DNA of 62,076 bases, filler included, from an uncultured bacterium (GCA_964449065.1; 12 parts of 12 records of this genome joined end to end with filler, not necessarily neighbours in it); one strand, 5' to 3'; positions 21,202-31,616 are shown, counted from the first letter of the whole stretch. A program made the numbers and translations. Notes: generated from the letters alone by a model not told the origin.

Positions 21202-21301
21202 GAATAGTTGGCTCACAAAAAAAACATTTTTCAAGCAATCGTCAATCATGGATTGCGTAACATCAGTTAGTAAATTGATAATTGTAGTTAAAATGGCAGG
21301 A

Positions 21302-22021
21302 TCAGCCTACTAAAACATCTTTTTGCAGTTGAACAATTTCACCGATACCGTTTTCGGCAAATTTCAGGAACTGATTGAGAGCATCGGCATCAAAAGTCCC
21401 CTTTTCCGCTGAGCCTTGAATTTCTACAAATTGTCCCGATTCTGTCATGACGACATTCACATCCACATCCGCTTCGCTGTCTTCACTGTAATCCAAATCC
21501 AACAGAACTTCACCTTCAACCATCCCCACACTGACAGCCGCAATCAGACCTTTCATGGGGTTTTCTTTAATCAAATTAATTTGCCGCATAAATGAGAAGA
21601 CATCATAAAGAGCAACCGCACTGCCGGATATGGCGGCCGTACGGGTGCCGCCATCGGCTTGGATGACATCACAATCAATATAGATCGTGCGCTCACCCAA
21701 TTTCGTAAGATCTACTACACTGCGAAGGGAACGGCCGATCAGGCGTGAAATTTCTTGCGATCTACCACTGCGGTTGCGGTCGCGGCTGGTACGTTGGATT
21801 GTGGATTTCGGCAGCATGGCGTATTCAGCTGTAACCCATCCTTGTTCCGATCCGATCAAAAACGGAGGGACTTTTTCATCAATCGAGGCTGTACAGATCA
21901 CTTTGGTTTTTCCGAACGAAACCAGGCAAGAGCCTTCGGCGAATTCGAGATAATTGCGTTCTAATGTTACCGGGCGGAGTTGATTGGGATTGCGTCCATC
22001 GTTGCGTGTGCCATTGGTCAT
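21302..22021 (-). CDS. rph: Ribonuclease PH
   Basis: [39 protein letters not shown] and DGGTRTAAI motifs. Confidence 0.96.
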   Translation of the reverse strand: MTNGTRNDGRNPNQLRPVTLERNYLEFAEGSCLVSFGKTKVICTASIDEKVPPFLIGSEQGWVTAEYAMLPKSTIQRTSRDRNRSGRSQEISRLIGRSLRSVVDLTKLGERTIYIDCDVIQADGGTRTAAISGSAVALYDVFSFMRQINLIKENPMKGLIAAVSVGMVEGEVLLDLDYSEDSEADVDVNVVMTESGQFVEIQGSAEKGTFDADALNQFLKFAENGIGEIVQLQKDVLVG

Positions 22022-24852
22022 GCTGATTTTTTCCTTTTCCGGGGATGGAGGATCGGGTCTAAAAACATCCCCGTATACGAGTTTTTGTTTCGGGCGACTT
22101 CTTCCGGCGTACCGGTCGCGATAAGGGCGCCGCCCTGCTCGCCGCCCTCAGGGCCAAGATCAATGATGTAGTCCGCGGATTTAATGACATCCAAGTTGTG
22201 TTCAATGACAATGATGGTGTTTCCCCGGTCTACCAGTTCGTTCAATACATGAAGAAGCTTTTTAATGTCTTCGAAGTGTAACCCGGTTGTCGGTTCATCC
22301 AAGATGTAGAGGGTTTGCCCGGTATCGCGCTTGGAGAGTTCTTTGGCGAGTTTCACACGCTGCGCCTCCCCGCCGGATAAGGTGGGAGCGGGCTGCCCCA
22401 AATGAACGTAATCCAACCCGACCTGTGATAAGGTATCCAATTTTTGCGTGATTCTGGGGAAACTGGCGAAGAGTTTCCGTGCATCTTTAACGGTCAAGTC
22501 TAAGACATCGGCGATGGAATGTCCTTTAAATTTCACTTGAAGGGTTTCATGCGTGAAGCGTTTGCCGCCGCAGACTTCGCACGTGACAAAGACATCGGCC
22601 AAAAAGTGCATTTCAACCCGCAACGAGCCGTCTCCTTGGCAGGCTTCGCAGCGCCCGCCTTTGACATTGAACGAGAAGCGGCCGGCTTTGTAGCCGCGCA
22701 TTTTGGCATCGGGCAGTTCGCTGAAGAGCTGGCGGATGGGATCAAACACCTTGGCGTACGTCGCCGGGTTTGAACGCGGCGTTCTGCCAATCGGCTTTTG
22801 ATCGATATCGATGACCTTATCGATATTTTCTAATCCCTGAATGGATTGATGCGCACCGGGTATTAAATGGGCATTGTGAAGATTGCGGGCTAAGGCCTTG
22901 TACAGGATTTCATTAATCAGCGTGCTTTTGCCGGAACCGGATACACCGGTAACCGCGATGAATTGTCCCAGCGGTATCTTAACATCGATCGTCTTGAGAT
23001 TGTTTTCGGCCGCGCCTTTGATTTCAAGATAGTTGCCATTATTGGGGCGGCGTTTTGCAGGAACGGGGATTTCTTTTTTGCCTGCTAAATAGGCGCCGGT
23101 CAATGAGTTTTTATCGCGGGCAACCGCTTTGGGTGATCCGGCCGATACGATGGCGCCGCCGTCATTGCCCGCGCCAGGTCCGAAATCGGCGAGGAAATCG
23201 GCGGATTCGATCATTTCTTGATCGTGCTCGACCACCAAAACGGTGTTGCCCAAATCGCGCAGATTGCAGAGGGTATCGATCAACCGTCTATTATCGCGCT
23301 GGTGCAGGCCGATGCTGGGTTCATCCAACACATACAACACCCCGACCAACGCGCTGCCGATTTGGCTGGCTAAGCGGATACGCTGCGCCTCACCGCCCGA
23401 AAGACTGGGTGCGGAACGGCTAAGGTTTAAATATCCCAATCCAACATCCACCAAGAATGACAGCCGGCTTTGGATTTCTTTCAGCACTTCTCCTGCGATA
23501 ATCTTTTGATTGTCTTTGAGTTCGACGGCTTGAAAGAAATCATAAATTTGCTGAATGCTTTTGGCGGTGACTTCATGAATGCGCTCTCCGGCAAAGCGGG
23601 TGGCGAGCGGTTCGGCTTTTAAGCGGCCGCCGTTACAAACTTCGCAAGGCACCCGGTGCATGAAGGTTTCAAGAATATAACTGCGGAAGCCTTCGGACGA
23701 GGTGTTTTCGTACCATCGTTCCAGTTCCGGCACAATGCCGCGGTAGCCGCTGCTTTTGGATTTGGGATTGCCGAACAGCAGCAGCTTTTGATTTTTTTTG
23801 GATAATTTCTTCCACGGGGTATTCAGCGAAATGTTATGCTTGTTGGCAAATTGCTCAATCCGGTTGCGGACAACATAATTCCAGTTGGAGTCGTTGTTGT
23901 CTTGAAACAAATTTTTCCAGGGGACAATCGCGCCATCCATAACGGAGCGGTCTTTGTCGGGCACGATTAAATCCGGGTCGAGTTCCAGTTTTCGGCCCAA
24001 GCCGCTGCATTCGCCGCACATACCGATCGGGTGGTTGAAAGAAAAGTGCTGCGGGGTGAGTTCATCAAACGATTTGCCGCAGCTCATGCAGGCGTTTTTG
24101 GTGCTGAACATTCGTTCTTCTTTGCCGGGGATATCGATCAGCACAACCCCGTTGCCTTGCGTAACCGCCAGTTCGATGGAATCCGCCAGCCGCGAACGGA
24201 TATCCTCTTGGATCACAAGACGGTCGATCACGATCTCAATATTGTGCGCCAGTTTCTTATCGAGTTTAATTTCGTCATCCAAATGCATAACCGAACCGTT
24301 GATGCGAACGCGTACAAAACCGTCTTTGCGTGCTTGGTCGAGCAAGTCTTTGTATTCGCCCTTGCGTTCGCGCACTTTAGGGGCAAGGATCATAAAACGG
24401 GTGGAATCCGGCCATTCGAGAATTTGATCGACAATTTGATCCACCGTCTGCGAACCGACGGGCAAATCGCATTGCGGGCAATAGGGTGTGCCACAGCGTG
24501 AAAACAGCAGGCGCAGGTAGTCGTAAATTTCCGTTACGGTGCCGACTGTGGAACGCGGGTTTTTGCTGGTGCTTTTCTGCTCGATGGAAATCGCGGGAGA
24601 CAAACCGCCGATGAAATCCACCTTGGGTTTTTCCATCTGCCCCAAAAACTGGCGGGCATAAGCGGAAAGCGATTCCACATAGCGCCGCTGGCCTTCCGCG
24701 TAAATGGTATCAAATGCCAATGAGGATTTTCCCGAACCACTTACACCGGTAAAAACGATTAACTTATTGCGGGGCAATTCTAGATTTATATTCTTGAGGT
24801 TGTGTTCTTTCGCGCCCCGAATCACAATTGATTTTGCGTTGCCGTTGTTCAT
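22018..24852 (-). CDS. uvrA: Excinuclease ABC subunit A
   Basis: Two ABC ATPase domains ([17 protein letters not shown]) and zinc fingers. Confidence 0.98.
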   Translation of the reverse strand: MNNGNAKSIVIRGAKEHNLKNINLELPRNKLIVFTGVSGSGKSSLAFDTIYAEGQRRYVESLSAYARQFLGQMEKPKVDFIGGLSPAISIEQKSTSKNPRSTVGTVTEIYDYLRLLFSRCGTPYCPQCDLPVGSQTVDQIVDQILEWPDSTRFMILAPKVRERKGEYKDLLDQARKDGFVRVRINGSVMHLDDEIKLDKKLAHNIEIVIDRLVIQEDIRSRLADSIELAVTQGNGVVLIDIPGKEERMFSTKNACMSCGKSFDELTPQHFSFNHPIGMCGECSGLGRKLELDPDLIVPDKDRSVMDGAIVPWKNLFQDNNDSNWNYVVRNRIEQFANKHNISLNTPWKKLSKKNQKLLLFGNPKSKSSGYRGIVPELERWYENTSSEGFRSYILETFMHRVPCEVCNGGRLKAEPLATRFAGERIHEVTAKSIQQIYDFFQAVELKDNQKIIAGEVLKEIQSRLSFLVDVGLGYLNLSRSAPSLSGGEAQRIRLASQIGSALVGVLYVLDEPSIGLHQRDNRRLIDTLCNLRDLGNTVLVVEHDQEMIESADFLADFGPGAGNDGGAIVSAGSPKAVARDKNSLTGAYLAGKKEIPVPAKRRPNNGNYLEIKGAAENNLKTIDVKIPLGQFIAVTGVSGSGKSTLINEILYKALARNLHNAHLIPGAHQSIQGLENIDKVIDIDQKPIGRTPRSNPATYAKVFDPIRQLFSELPDAKMRGYKAGRFSFNVKGGRCEACQGDGSLRVEMHFLADVFVTCEVCGGKRFTHETLQVKFKGHSIADVLDLTVKDARKLFASFPRITQKLDTLSQVGLDYVHLGQPAPTLSGGEAQRVKLAKELSKRDTGQTLYILDEPTTGLHFEDIKKLLHVLNELVDRGNTIIVIEHNLDVIKSADYIIDLGPEGGEQGGALIATGTPEEVARNKNSYTGMFLDPILHPRKRKKSA

Positions 24853-25053
24853 ATTGATTTTTCCACTATCCGAATCGGCACTATCCGAATTTCAATTTCG
24901 CAGTGCAGCGTGAATTCGTTTCGATTCCTGATGCCGGTAAACATCTAAAAACCGGATTGCCTAGTTGATTTTTGGGCAGAAAGATCATTATACTAACTCT
25001 TGAAGGAACGACCAGTTCCATTCTTGTAAAGAATGCTGTAGGGATGGTTTCCG

Positions 25054-26013
25054 TTGAATTCATTTTTGCATACCGCTGTTGTGTTTGCCTTGCAGCAAGT
25101 GTTTATTTTGCTGGCCGGTATCTTGCTAGCCCGTGCTTTGCAACGATTGGATATCCGGTCTGCTGCCGCCCCCTGTTTGTTCATTTTTTTTCCGGCATAT
25201 TTCTTCACGCAGGCCATGCTGCAAAACCAAACGGTGGCGAACCCGATGTTTATCTATCTGTTGTTTTTCTTTTTCTTTCATACGGTTTGTTTGTTTTGGC
25301 TGTCGAAGGGGATGAATGTTTTAGCGAAGTTTCCAAAAAGCGATCATTATCATTGCCTCTTGATGATTATGGTTCCAAGCATGTTGGGGTTACGGGTCAT
25401 TCAAAATTCGATTACCCCCGGGGCGGAATCCAATCAATATATCGTAATGATATCGTTTTATGAGGCGGTGATTGCCTCTTGCCTGGGCGTGTATTTGGTT
25501 CATGCGCAGCGTGGATTTTTATACGGGTTGCGCCGCATCGTGTATTATCCCTTGGGGTATGCGGTTTTCATTGGCTTTGGGTTTGCCTTGTTCCAGTATC
25601 AGCCGCCTTATGAAGTTACCGATACCATCAGCCGGTTGTCCGCCGCTGCCATACCGGCCGCAGTGATCATTACCGGCATGGCGTTTGGGAAATCCATCTA
25701 TTTGATTGATTTCAGCAGTTATATCCACCATTTACCCGGCGCGTTATTGTGTGCGGCATTGCGGTTAATTGTTTCACCGTTGATGGCATGGGGCATTGCC
25801 GGTTTGATGGGGATCGATAATACCGGCATATTTCGGGCTGTGGTGCTCGCCGCCGGTTTGCCCACCGGGGTGTTTGCATTGGTGATCACCGGGGTTACCG
25901 GTAAACCGGAACAGCACGGGTTTGCCGCCCTGACCGTCATTCTAACTACAATCCTAAGTTTTATGACGATTCCGGTACTGATTTATGTCTTAAATCATTT
26001 TTATCCTCTTTGA
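25054..26013 (+). CDS. AEC-family membrane transporter
   Basis: About 10 TM helices; LRLIVSPL and LAAGLPTG motifs. Confidence 0.75.
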   Translation: MNSFLHTAVVFALQQVFILLAGILLARALQRLDIRSAAAPCLFIFFPAYFFTQAMLQNQTVANPMFIYLLFFFFFHTVCLFWLSKGMNVLAKFPKSDHYHCLLMIMVPSMLGLRVIQNSITPGAESNQYIVMISFYEAVIASCLGVYLVHAQRGFLYGLRRIVYYPLGYAVFIGFGFALFQYQPPYEVTDTISRLSAAAIPAAVIITGMAFGKSIYLIDFSSYIHHLPGALLCAALRLIVSPLMAWGIAGLMGIDNTGIFRAVVLAAGLPTGVFALVITGVTGKPEQHGFAALTVILTTILSFMTIPVLIYVLNHFYPL

Positions 26014-26130
26014 AAACGCGAACAACCGAACAACATGACAGAAAACGAGCGCGTTGTATTATACCAAAAGAAATATGGAGGCAGTAATGCCCGTATGAAA
26101 ACGTTGAGAAATTTGAAATGTAGTACAATA

Positions 26131-26172
26131 ACCCCCTTACATAAGGGGGTGGAGCCGTAGGCTCCGGGGGAT
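26131..26172 (+). repeat. REP-like hairpins at contig end
   Basis: accccctta cataagggggt ggagcc gta ggctcc. Confidence 0.55.
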
Positions 26173-26276
26173 TTTGNNNNNNNNNNNNNNNNNNNNNNNN
26201 NNNNNNNNNNNNNNNNNNNNTTAATTAATTAANNNNNNNNNNNNNNNNNNNNNNNNNNNNNNNNNNNNNNNNNNNN

Positions 26277-26317
26277 GATTAGGAATCTGCTGCTCTATCC
26301 TGCTGAGCTACAGGCGC
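26277..26317 (-). tRNA. tRNA-Arg(CCT), 5' half only (contig ends in the anticodon stem)
   Basis: Reverse complement GCGCCTGTAGCTCAGCAGGATAGAGCAGCAGATTCCTAATC: acceptor 5' strand, D-arm and anticodon loop TT-CCT-AA. Confidence 0.9.
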
Positions 26318-26634
26318 ATGGTGTAACTATCTGATAACAATTGATATAAAAATGTATCGATAGTATTGTGCCTACCTGATCTTTCCAAATTATACACCAT
26401 TTTTACTCATCTAAACACATCTTACGGACGCAATTTCGACTCACCCAAAACCTCCATTTTTTTGTCTTATACATACTTCAAAAAGGAGTGTAAAGGTGAA
26501 GTGTAACCCAATGTCTGAAGTATACCCTAATGTCAAGACAAAAAATCGGGATAATTAAAGGTGATCACTTCCTGGCCGATTTGTTTTGAATTTTATCTTG
26601 GTCTTTTGGCTCACGGTGTGTAATTTCAGTCGGG

Positions 26635-26870
26635 CTACGCACTCCTTACGTTACATACCGTGTGTTCAACTTTTTTCCGATCCTCTTTTTGCGGCATCCA
26701 GTTAACCCTTCCCCAGTAGATTTCGGCCGGGGTGTGATAGCCCAATGCCTCATGCAAGCGTTCTTCATTGTAGTTGCAAAAATACTCTCGCAAGCCGCTC
26801 ACGCTGTCCGCCACACTGCCGTACTCTTTAAGATACACCTCCCCGTATTTCACGCTGTGCCACAAACTTC
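26635..26870 (-). pseudogene. IS3-family transposase C-terminal remnant
   Basis: SLWHSVKYGEVYLKEY...YNEERLHEALGYHTPAEIY integrase-core C-terminus; N-terminal part absent. Confidence 0.8.
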
Positions 26871-27220
26871 TACCGCGGACGAAAAAAATCCTATTTCTGC
26901 GTTGCAGGGTGTAAAACAGCATACCGACACCGGCCAGAGTTCCGCATACGGAAAGCAGGGGCAGGGTTGGCATTGGGATATCTTATTCGATACGGCCTGC
27001 GTGGCGTGTGGTTTTAGCGGCACACAGAACCGGATGGTACAGATCGTTATGTATCCACAGGAAAAATAAAGAAGAGAGAGGCAATCAAATCAGCTAAGAC
27101 AATGGCGGAAAAAGAACATTAAAGAAGATTGAAGATAAAACGATGCGAAACGTGCAAAACGTCTTTCCGGACTACTCACAGCCGGAAAAAGTTTTGCTCA
27201 GACCGATGGATTGTAGACAG

Positions 27221-27625
27221 TCATAAGAAGCGCTTGTGATTGCACTTCAGAACGTTTGCTAATTTTTCTGCCATTGATTTTGAAATCGGCTGTATGTCCC
27301 TCTCCATCTTTGAAATGTAATCCTAAGTTGTGCCCACTTTCCGGGCTAATTTAGTCTGTGTCATCTCCATCAGCCCCCTTGTCCCTTGCAAATATTTACC
27401 CGGAGTCATGTCTTACAGCATGTCATCCGCATCAATTGTTTCACTGGCATCTTCAAAATGCAATAGATTTTCCAGCCGTTTTAATTGGTCTAAATAATTA
27501 GCAGGACCAATGAAAGTGATTTCCACGTCATCAGAAAACAGAGTATTGTCATCCACGGATATCTCAATGTTTAAAATAGGAGAAGTTTTCGTTTTAGTAG
27601 GGCGCTTTTTCGTGAGTACCGACAT
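27221..27625 (-). pseudogene. XRE-family HTH antitoxin with two in-frame stops
   Basis: Reading through TAA (27413) and a TAG gives ...DMTPGKYLQGTRGLMEMTQTKLARKVGTT*DYISKMERDIQPISKSMAEKLANVL, a typical XRE HTH. Confidence 0.75.
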
Positions 27626-27795
27626 AATTCACCTCAATGATCTTAAGTTCTTTGTCTTCAAGTCTCCAAACAACTACATAGGTTGGATTCCCCAGTGTTG
27701 ATATTGTGGTTGATAGCAAAGCAAATCTTGCAGATGTAATAGCAATGTTTTGAAACGTAATTCAATCTCTTCCGGCAGATTTTTCGCTTGCCTTT
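27594..27795 (-). pseudogene. RelE-like 'cytotoxic translational repressor' toxin remnant (deleted and frameshifted)
   Basis: C-terminus GNPTYVVVWRLEDKELKIIEVNYVGTHEKAPY* lies in a different frame from the RQAKNLPEEIELRF segment. Confidence 0.7.
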
Positions 27796-27937
27796 GTGCT
27801 TTTTGGATAACTTTGGAATCCGGTGATTCGATATCCAGGTATTGAGACAATGGAATCACTTGATGTCCATATTCACGCAGTGCATTCTGAACCGATGCAG
27901 GTACACACTGGTCTGCAAAAAACTTTAATTTCATCAA
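27674..27937 (-). pseudogene. DUF5615 (PIN/Mut7-C-like) toxin, truncated and fused to the RelE remnant
   Basis: MKLKFFADQCVP...PDSKVIQKA N-terminus followed by unrelated sequence; partner of DUF433. Confidence 0.7.
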
Positions 27938-28161
27938 GTAACCATTTCATATTCTGAAAGATCATGGGCATAATCAAGGCAAGCGGCGATTTGTTCTGAA
28001 TTTAGGTCTGGAAATTCCACCCGGATATCACCTACGGTCTTCCCATCGGCAAGATACCCCAGCACCAAGCTTACTGGAATTCTGGTTCCTTTTATACGCG
28101 GCTTTCCTCTTAACACATCCATCGTGCTGACGATATGTTCACGCCAATTTACAGTCATCAC
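27934..28161 (-). CDS. DUF433 antitoxin
   Basis: GKPRIKGTRIPV...FPDL..EQIAACLDYA signature. Confidence 0.9.
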   Translation of the reverse strand: MMTVNWREHIVSTMDVLRGKPRIKGTRIPVSLVLGYLADGKTVGDIRVEFPDLNSEQIAACLDYAHDLSEYEMVT

Positions 28162-28230
28162 TTTTTATCCCAAAAATATTTTACTGTAAAATTGTAAAGG
28201 TCCGCAACAATATTTTCAACCAAAGTAGCC

Positions 28231-28270
28231 GCAGACGGACGGCAAGGCCGTTCGTCTGCCCTTGCTGTAA
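28231..28270 (+). repeat. Hairpin repeat X (second copy 29736-29769)
   Basis: ggcaaggccgttcgtctgcccttgctgtaa vs ggcaaggccgtttgtttgcccttgatgtaa. Confidence 0.7.
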
Positions 28271-28276
28271 CCATAC

Positions 28277-28594
28277 CTATCGAACTTGCATCTCCATTTT
28301 TTGTGGGATTAAACGGTATCCCATAGCGTGCATGATGGAGTTGATGTTATCCAATCGGGGGTTCCCCTTACCGGATAAGGCTTTTTGGAGACCTTGTCTT
28401 GTCATTCCGGTTTGTTCGGCAAGTTGAGTTATTCCTTTTACACGGGCAATAACACGAAGTGACGCCAACATTGCGGCAGAGTTGCCGGTTTGTGAATAGT
28501 CTTCGAATATCTCTGAGAGATAGGGTTCAATTTCATTCGGATGTTCCCGAAAATATTGTTCTTCCACTTCATCAAGCGTTGGATAGTTCCTCAT
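28277..28594 (-). CDS. Addiction-module antidote protein (HI1420 family, HTH)
   Basis: LRVIARVKGITQLAEQTGMTRQGLQKALSGKGNPRL. Confidence 0.9.
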   Translation of the reverse strand: MRNYPTLDEVEEQYFREHPNEIEPYLSEIFEDYSQTGNSAAMLASLRVIARVKGITQLAEQTGMTRQGLQKALSGKGNPRLDNINSIMHAMGYRLIPQKMEMQVR

Positions 28595-28940
28595 AATTCC
28601 GGTTCTCCTTATAGTCGTTCCAATACTCTTCCGCTTTGTTGATATCTTTCGTTTGTGTCTTTTTGCTGCCTCCTACAAGCAGCACGACCAACCTCAATCC
28701 CTCTTCGGCAAAATAAAACCTGTATCCCGGACCAAAATCAAAACGCAATTCCATCAATTCTTTAAATCCGGTTAACCGCTTAAAATCTCCATAATAACCT
28801 TGCTCTACGTTTCGCAATCTTCGCAATATTTTCCGCCGGGCTTGTGTATCCTTTAAACCGAAGAGCCAATCTCTTGCTGGTACATTTTCTTTCTCATCTT
28901 TGTAGAAGATAATGGTTTTGCCGAGTGATGTTTTATCCAT
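28572..28940 (-). CDS. RelE/ParE-family addiction-module killer (HI1419 family)
   Basis: GDFK..LMELRFDFGPGYRFYF...LLVGGSKKTQTKDI. Confidence 0.9.
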   Translation of the reverse strand: MDKTSLGKTIIFYKDEKENVPARDWLFGLKDTQARRKILRRLRNVEQGYYGDFKRLTGFKELMELRFDFGPGYRFYFAEEGLRLVVLLVGGSKKTQTKDINKAEEYWNDYKENRNYEELSNA

Positions 28941-29060
28941 TACAAAGGCCTATTTGAATAAACATATATGCTAACTATAGTTTGCATAACTCGATTTGGC
29001 AATGGGATTATTGATATAAATTTCACCCGGTAAATTTCTGTGGCGACTCGCTAGCACACA

Positions 29061-29092
29061 GGATGGGCACAAAAAAACCGTGCCCATCCTAC
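29061..29092 (-). repeat. GTAG-type REP palindrome
   Basis: Reverse complement GTAGGATGGGCACGG-TTTTTTT-GTGCCCATCC. Confidence 0.7.
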
Positions 29093-29096
29093 GGGC

Positions 29097-29133
29097 TGAT
29101 TCAGACAACAAAGGCAGACTTTGCTTGCCTTTG
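29097..29133 (+). repeat. Array-delimiting direct repeat Y, copy 1 (others at 29962-29992, 30629-30696 and 31330-31387)
   Basis: Shared core (g)attc...caaaggcagactwygcttg; copies 3 and 4 match at 49 of 58 bp. Confidence 0.7.
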
Positions 29134-29206
29134 AGGAAATGACCTTTATAATTTTGACATAAATAGGCAATAACGTCCATGATATAAATACAATAGGAAA
29201 CGAAAA

Positions 29207-29434
29207 ATGCAAACAGCGCAAGATATCATTCTCGGATTCAAACAACTCTCACCGGAAGAGCAGCGAAAAGTGGTGGATTTTGTCAATGCATCCCAGGAAA
29301 CGCTTTATACTGTTGATAATGAAATGATTTCAGAAGATTGGCTATTGGAAGAAGCCGAATTATGCAAACAGCGGGTAGAAAGTGAAGAACATTCTTCTGC
29401 TGACGACTTTTGTAAATCCCATAACTTGCAATAG
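29207..29434 (+). CDS. Putative antitoxin (paralog of 30273-30500)
   Basis: MQTAQDIILGFKQLSPEEQRKVVDFVNA vs MKTAEQVISDIKELPVEEQLKVADYLNA; directly upstream of a YafQ-like gene. Confidence 0.7.
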   Translation: MQTAQDIILGFKQLSPEEQRKVVDFVNASQETLYTVDNEMISEDWLLEEAELCKQRVESEEHSSADDFCKSHNLQ

Positions 29435-29444
29435 CAGAAGCATC

Positions 29445-29705
29445 ATGAAGCTGATTCACCGCAAAAGCTTCAGGAAAAGCCTCGAAAATCTCACCTCCAA
29501 TCAAAAGAAACGTGTGGGTAAAGTCATCAAGTTGTTCGAGGAAAATCCGCATCATCCCCAACTCAACAATCACGCTTTGCACGGAAAACTAAAAGACCTT
29601 CGTTCGATTGCAGCCGGAGGGGATTTGCGCATTATCTTTTAAGAAGAAGACAACTTTGCAGTCGTGTATCTGATTGCCCTGGGCACCCACAGCCAAGTCT
29701 ATTAG
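29445..29705 (+). pseudogene. YafQ/RelE-type mRNA interferase with an internal TAA
   Basis: LNNHALHGKLKDLRSIAAGGDLRIIF*EEDNFAVVYLIALGTHSQVY; stop at 29640-29642. Confidence 0.85.
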
Positions 29706-30015
29706 CACTCCTCAATGGGTAATAGGTTCGGGTGGCAAGGGCAAGGCCGTTTGTTTGCCCTTGATGTAAACCGCAAAATGTCAGAATCAGGATAGTCAGG
29801 ATAAAAACAAGATATGCAGGATAAATGCCATGCCGTTATCCTGGGCATCCCCGTATATATAAGCGCCCGAAGGCAAGCGAAAGGAATCCATCGTTTCTCA
29901 AATCACCTAAAACTTCATCGTGCGGCACATGTCCCTGGCGACCCGCCAGTCCTGGGCATCCTGATTCAAAATTCAAAGTTAGACTTTGCTTGATCGTAGT
30001 TAGACCAAAGCTCCT

Positions 30016-30276
30016 TCAATAAACCTGATTGTGTGTCCCTACCATCACAAAGATTACTTTATCGTAATCGCCAATAACTTTAAACAGCAAACGTAAATCA
30101 CCGCCAGCGGATATTGCCCGGTAATCTTGTAATTTGCCATGAAGTGGATGATTCTTCAGTTGTGAATCTTGAGGATCATTTTGAAAGATGGTTATAACTT
30201 CTTCGACTTTATCTTGCTTTTTGGGTGGGAGTTTCAAATACGCTTTTTGATATTGCTTCGAAAAGACGATCTTCAT
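30016..30276 (-). CDS. YafQ/RelE-StbE mRNA interferase toxin (intact)
   Basis: LKNHPLHGKLQDYRAISAGGDLRLLF...VGTHNQVY. Confidence 0.88.
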   Translation of the reverse strand: MKIVFSKQYQKAYLKLPPKKQDKVEEVITIFQNDPQDSQLKNHPLHGKLQDYRAISAGGDLRLLFKVIGDYDKVIFVMVGTHNQVY

Positions 30277-30500
30277 TTTGCGTCCCGCAGATTTCGCAGA
30301 AAGTTCACTGCGTCTTCACCCTCTAGTTCCGGGCTAACCCCGATTCCTTTCTCGGCATCCTCTCCCGCTTGCAGAATCTTAGCGATATCCTCATCCGAAT
30401 AGTTTTCTTCTTGAGCATTCAAATAATCCGCCACCTTTAGTTGTTCCTCAACGGGGAGTTCTTTTATATCCGATATGACTTGTTCAGCCGTTTTCATCAA
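30273..30500 (-). CDS. Putative antitoxin
   Basis: Small acidic protein overlapping the toxin start (ATGA); SD GGAGG. Confidence 0.75.
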   Translation of the reverse strand: MMKTAEQVISDIKELPVEEQLKVADYLNAQEENYSDEDIAKILQAGEDAEKGIGVSPELEGEDAVNFLRNLRDAK

Positions 30501-30761
30501 ACATCCTCCATATAACTTTTTATCATATTATAACTGGAAATTCAGGATTCTGTCAAAAGAATTGTAAACAAACCGGTGGACTTCTGCGTGATACCCCTAT
30601 GCCATTCTCCTGGTCATCCCCGCTATCCGATTCGACCATCAAAGGCAGACTACGCTTGTTTCTCAACGTTGGGATGGATTGATCGATAGGAGAATGCGTT
30701 ATTGAGAGATGATCTCGGTGGGTCAGAATAACGCGACCCACCCTTGCTTTGATATATTTAG

Positions 30762-31034
30762 TTATGGGAATATTCGATATATCTTGTTGCGATGAGCAAT
30801 TCGCTCACAAATAATACGTTTATTCATTTTAGATATTGTCAATCCAGTTCTGTATTGACCTACTCGAATTTTGAATTTATTGGAATACCCTTTCATTTGA
30901 TCAATAAAATCCAATTCAAAAGGGTTCCTATGTTTTAAATCAATAAATACGATCTGTTCTACTTTGGACTGATATTCAGCCGGCAGTTTTGATAACTCCT
31001 TCAAAAAGCGTTATCTATATTCAACTGTCCACAT
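30762..31034 (-). pseudogene. RelE/StbE toxin with a nonsense codon at position 8
   Basis: MWTVEYR*RFLKELSKLP...FKIRVGQYR...IAHRNKIYRIFP; TAA at 31011-31013. Confidence 0.8.
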
Positions 31035-31035
31035 C

Positions 31036-31230
31036 TTATTTTAATGATTGATAATAAGAAATTGCATCTTCATAAGGTAACCGTTCATCATCTTGAACTT
31101 CATCCATCAGTTTAGCCAAACCATAATCTTCGATGATATTTTCTAATTGATTAAATTCATCGATAGGAATTTGAACAGCGATAGGCTTTTGATTCTCATC
31201 AACAATTATAGATTTATGTATTTTCATCAT
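31036..31230 (-). CDS. Putative antitoxin
   Basis: IVDENQKPIAVQIPIDEF..LE..IEDYGL; directly upstream of RelE; SD AGGAG. Confidence 0.75.
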   Translation of the reverse strand: MMKIHKSIIVDENQKPIAVQIPIDEFNQLENIIEDYGLAKLMDEVQDDERLPYEDAISYYQSLK

Positions 31231-31536
31231 TCTCTACTCCTACATGCTTTATTACTAGAATACCATATTTTTAATTAGTATGATAGGTTATATACAACTT
31301 TACTGGTCTCCTATCCTTACAGAATTCCCTCAAAGGCTGACTTCGCCTGCTTCCCGGTGTTGGGATGGATTGATCGATTGGAGAATGNNNNNNNNNNNNN
31401 NNNNNNNNNNNNNNNNNNNNNNNNNNNNNNNTTAATTAATTAANNNNNNNNNNNNNNNNNNNNNNNNNNNNNNNNNNNNNNNNNNNNTTGTACAATCACG
31501 TGCAATCAGGTTGGAATCAGCATTACCAGCCTAATC

Positions 31537-31616
31537 GTGTTATCCTTTTGCTATATCCCTCAACGCTTTATCTGAGGGTTCGGTGCTTGTCACTAATCAC
31601 TGTTTTTAGGATAATG
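31537..31616 (+). repeat. Repeat family E (~80 bp); reverse-complement copy at 61986-62072
   Basis: gctatatccctcaacgctttatctgagggttcggtgct..cactaatcactgtttttaggataatg is shared. Confidence 0.8.

Noticed and set aside
29147..29180. dif-like half sites (tttgacataa here; gttgacataa near 20588)
   Set aside because: Only a XerD-like arm; no matching XerC arm at 6-bp spacing
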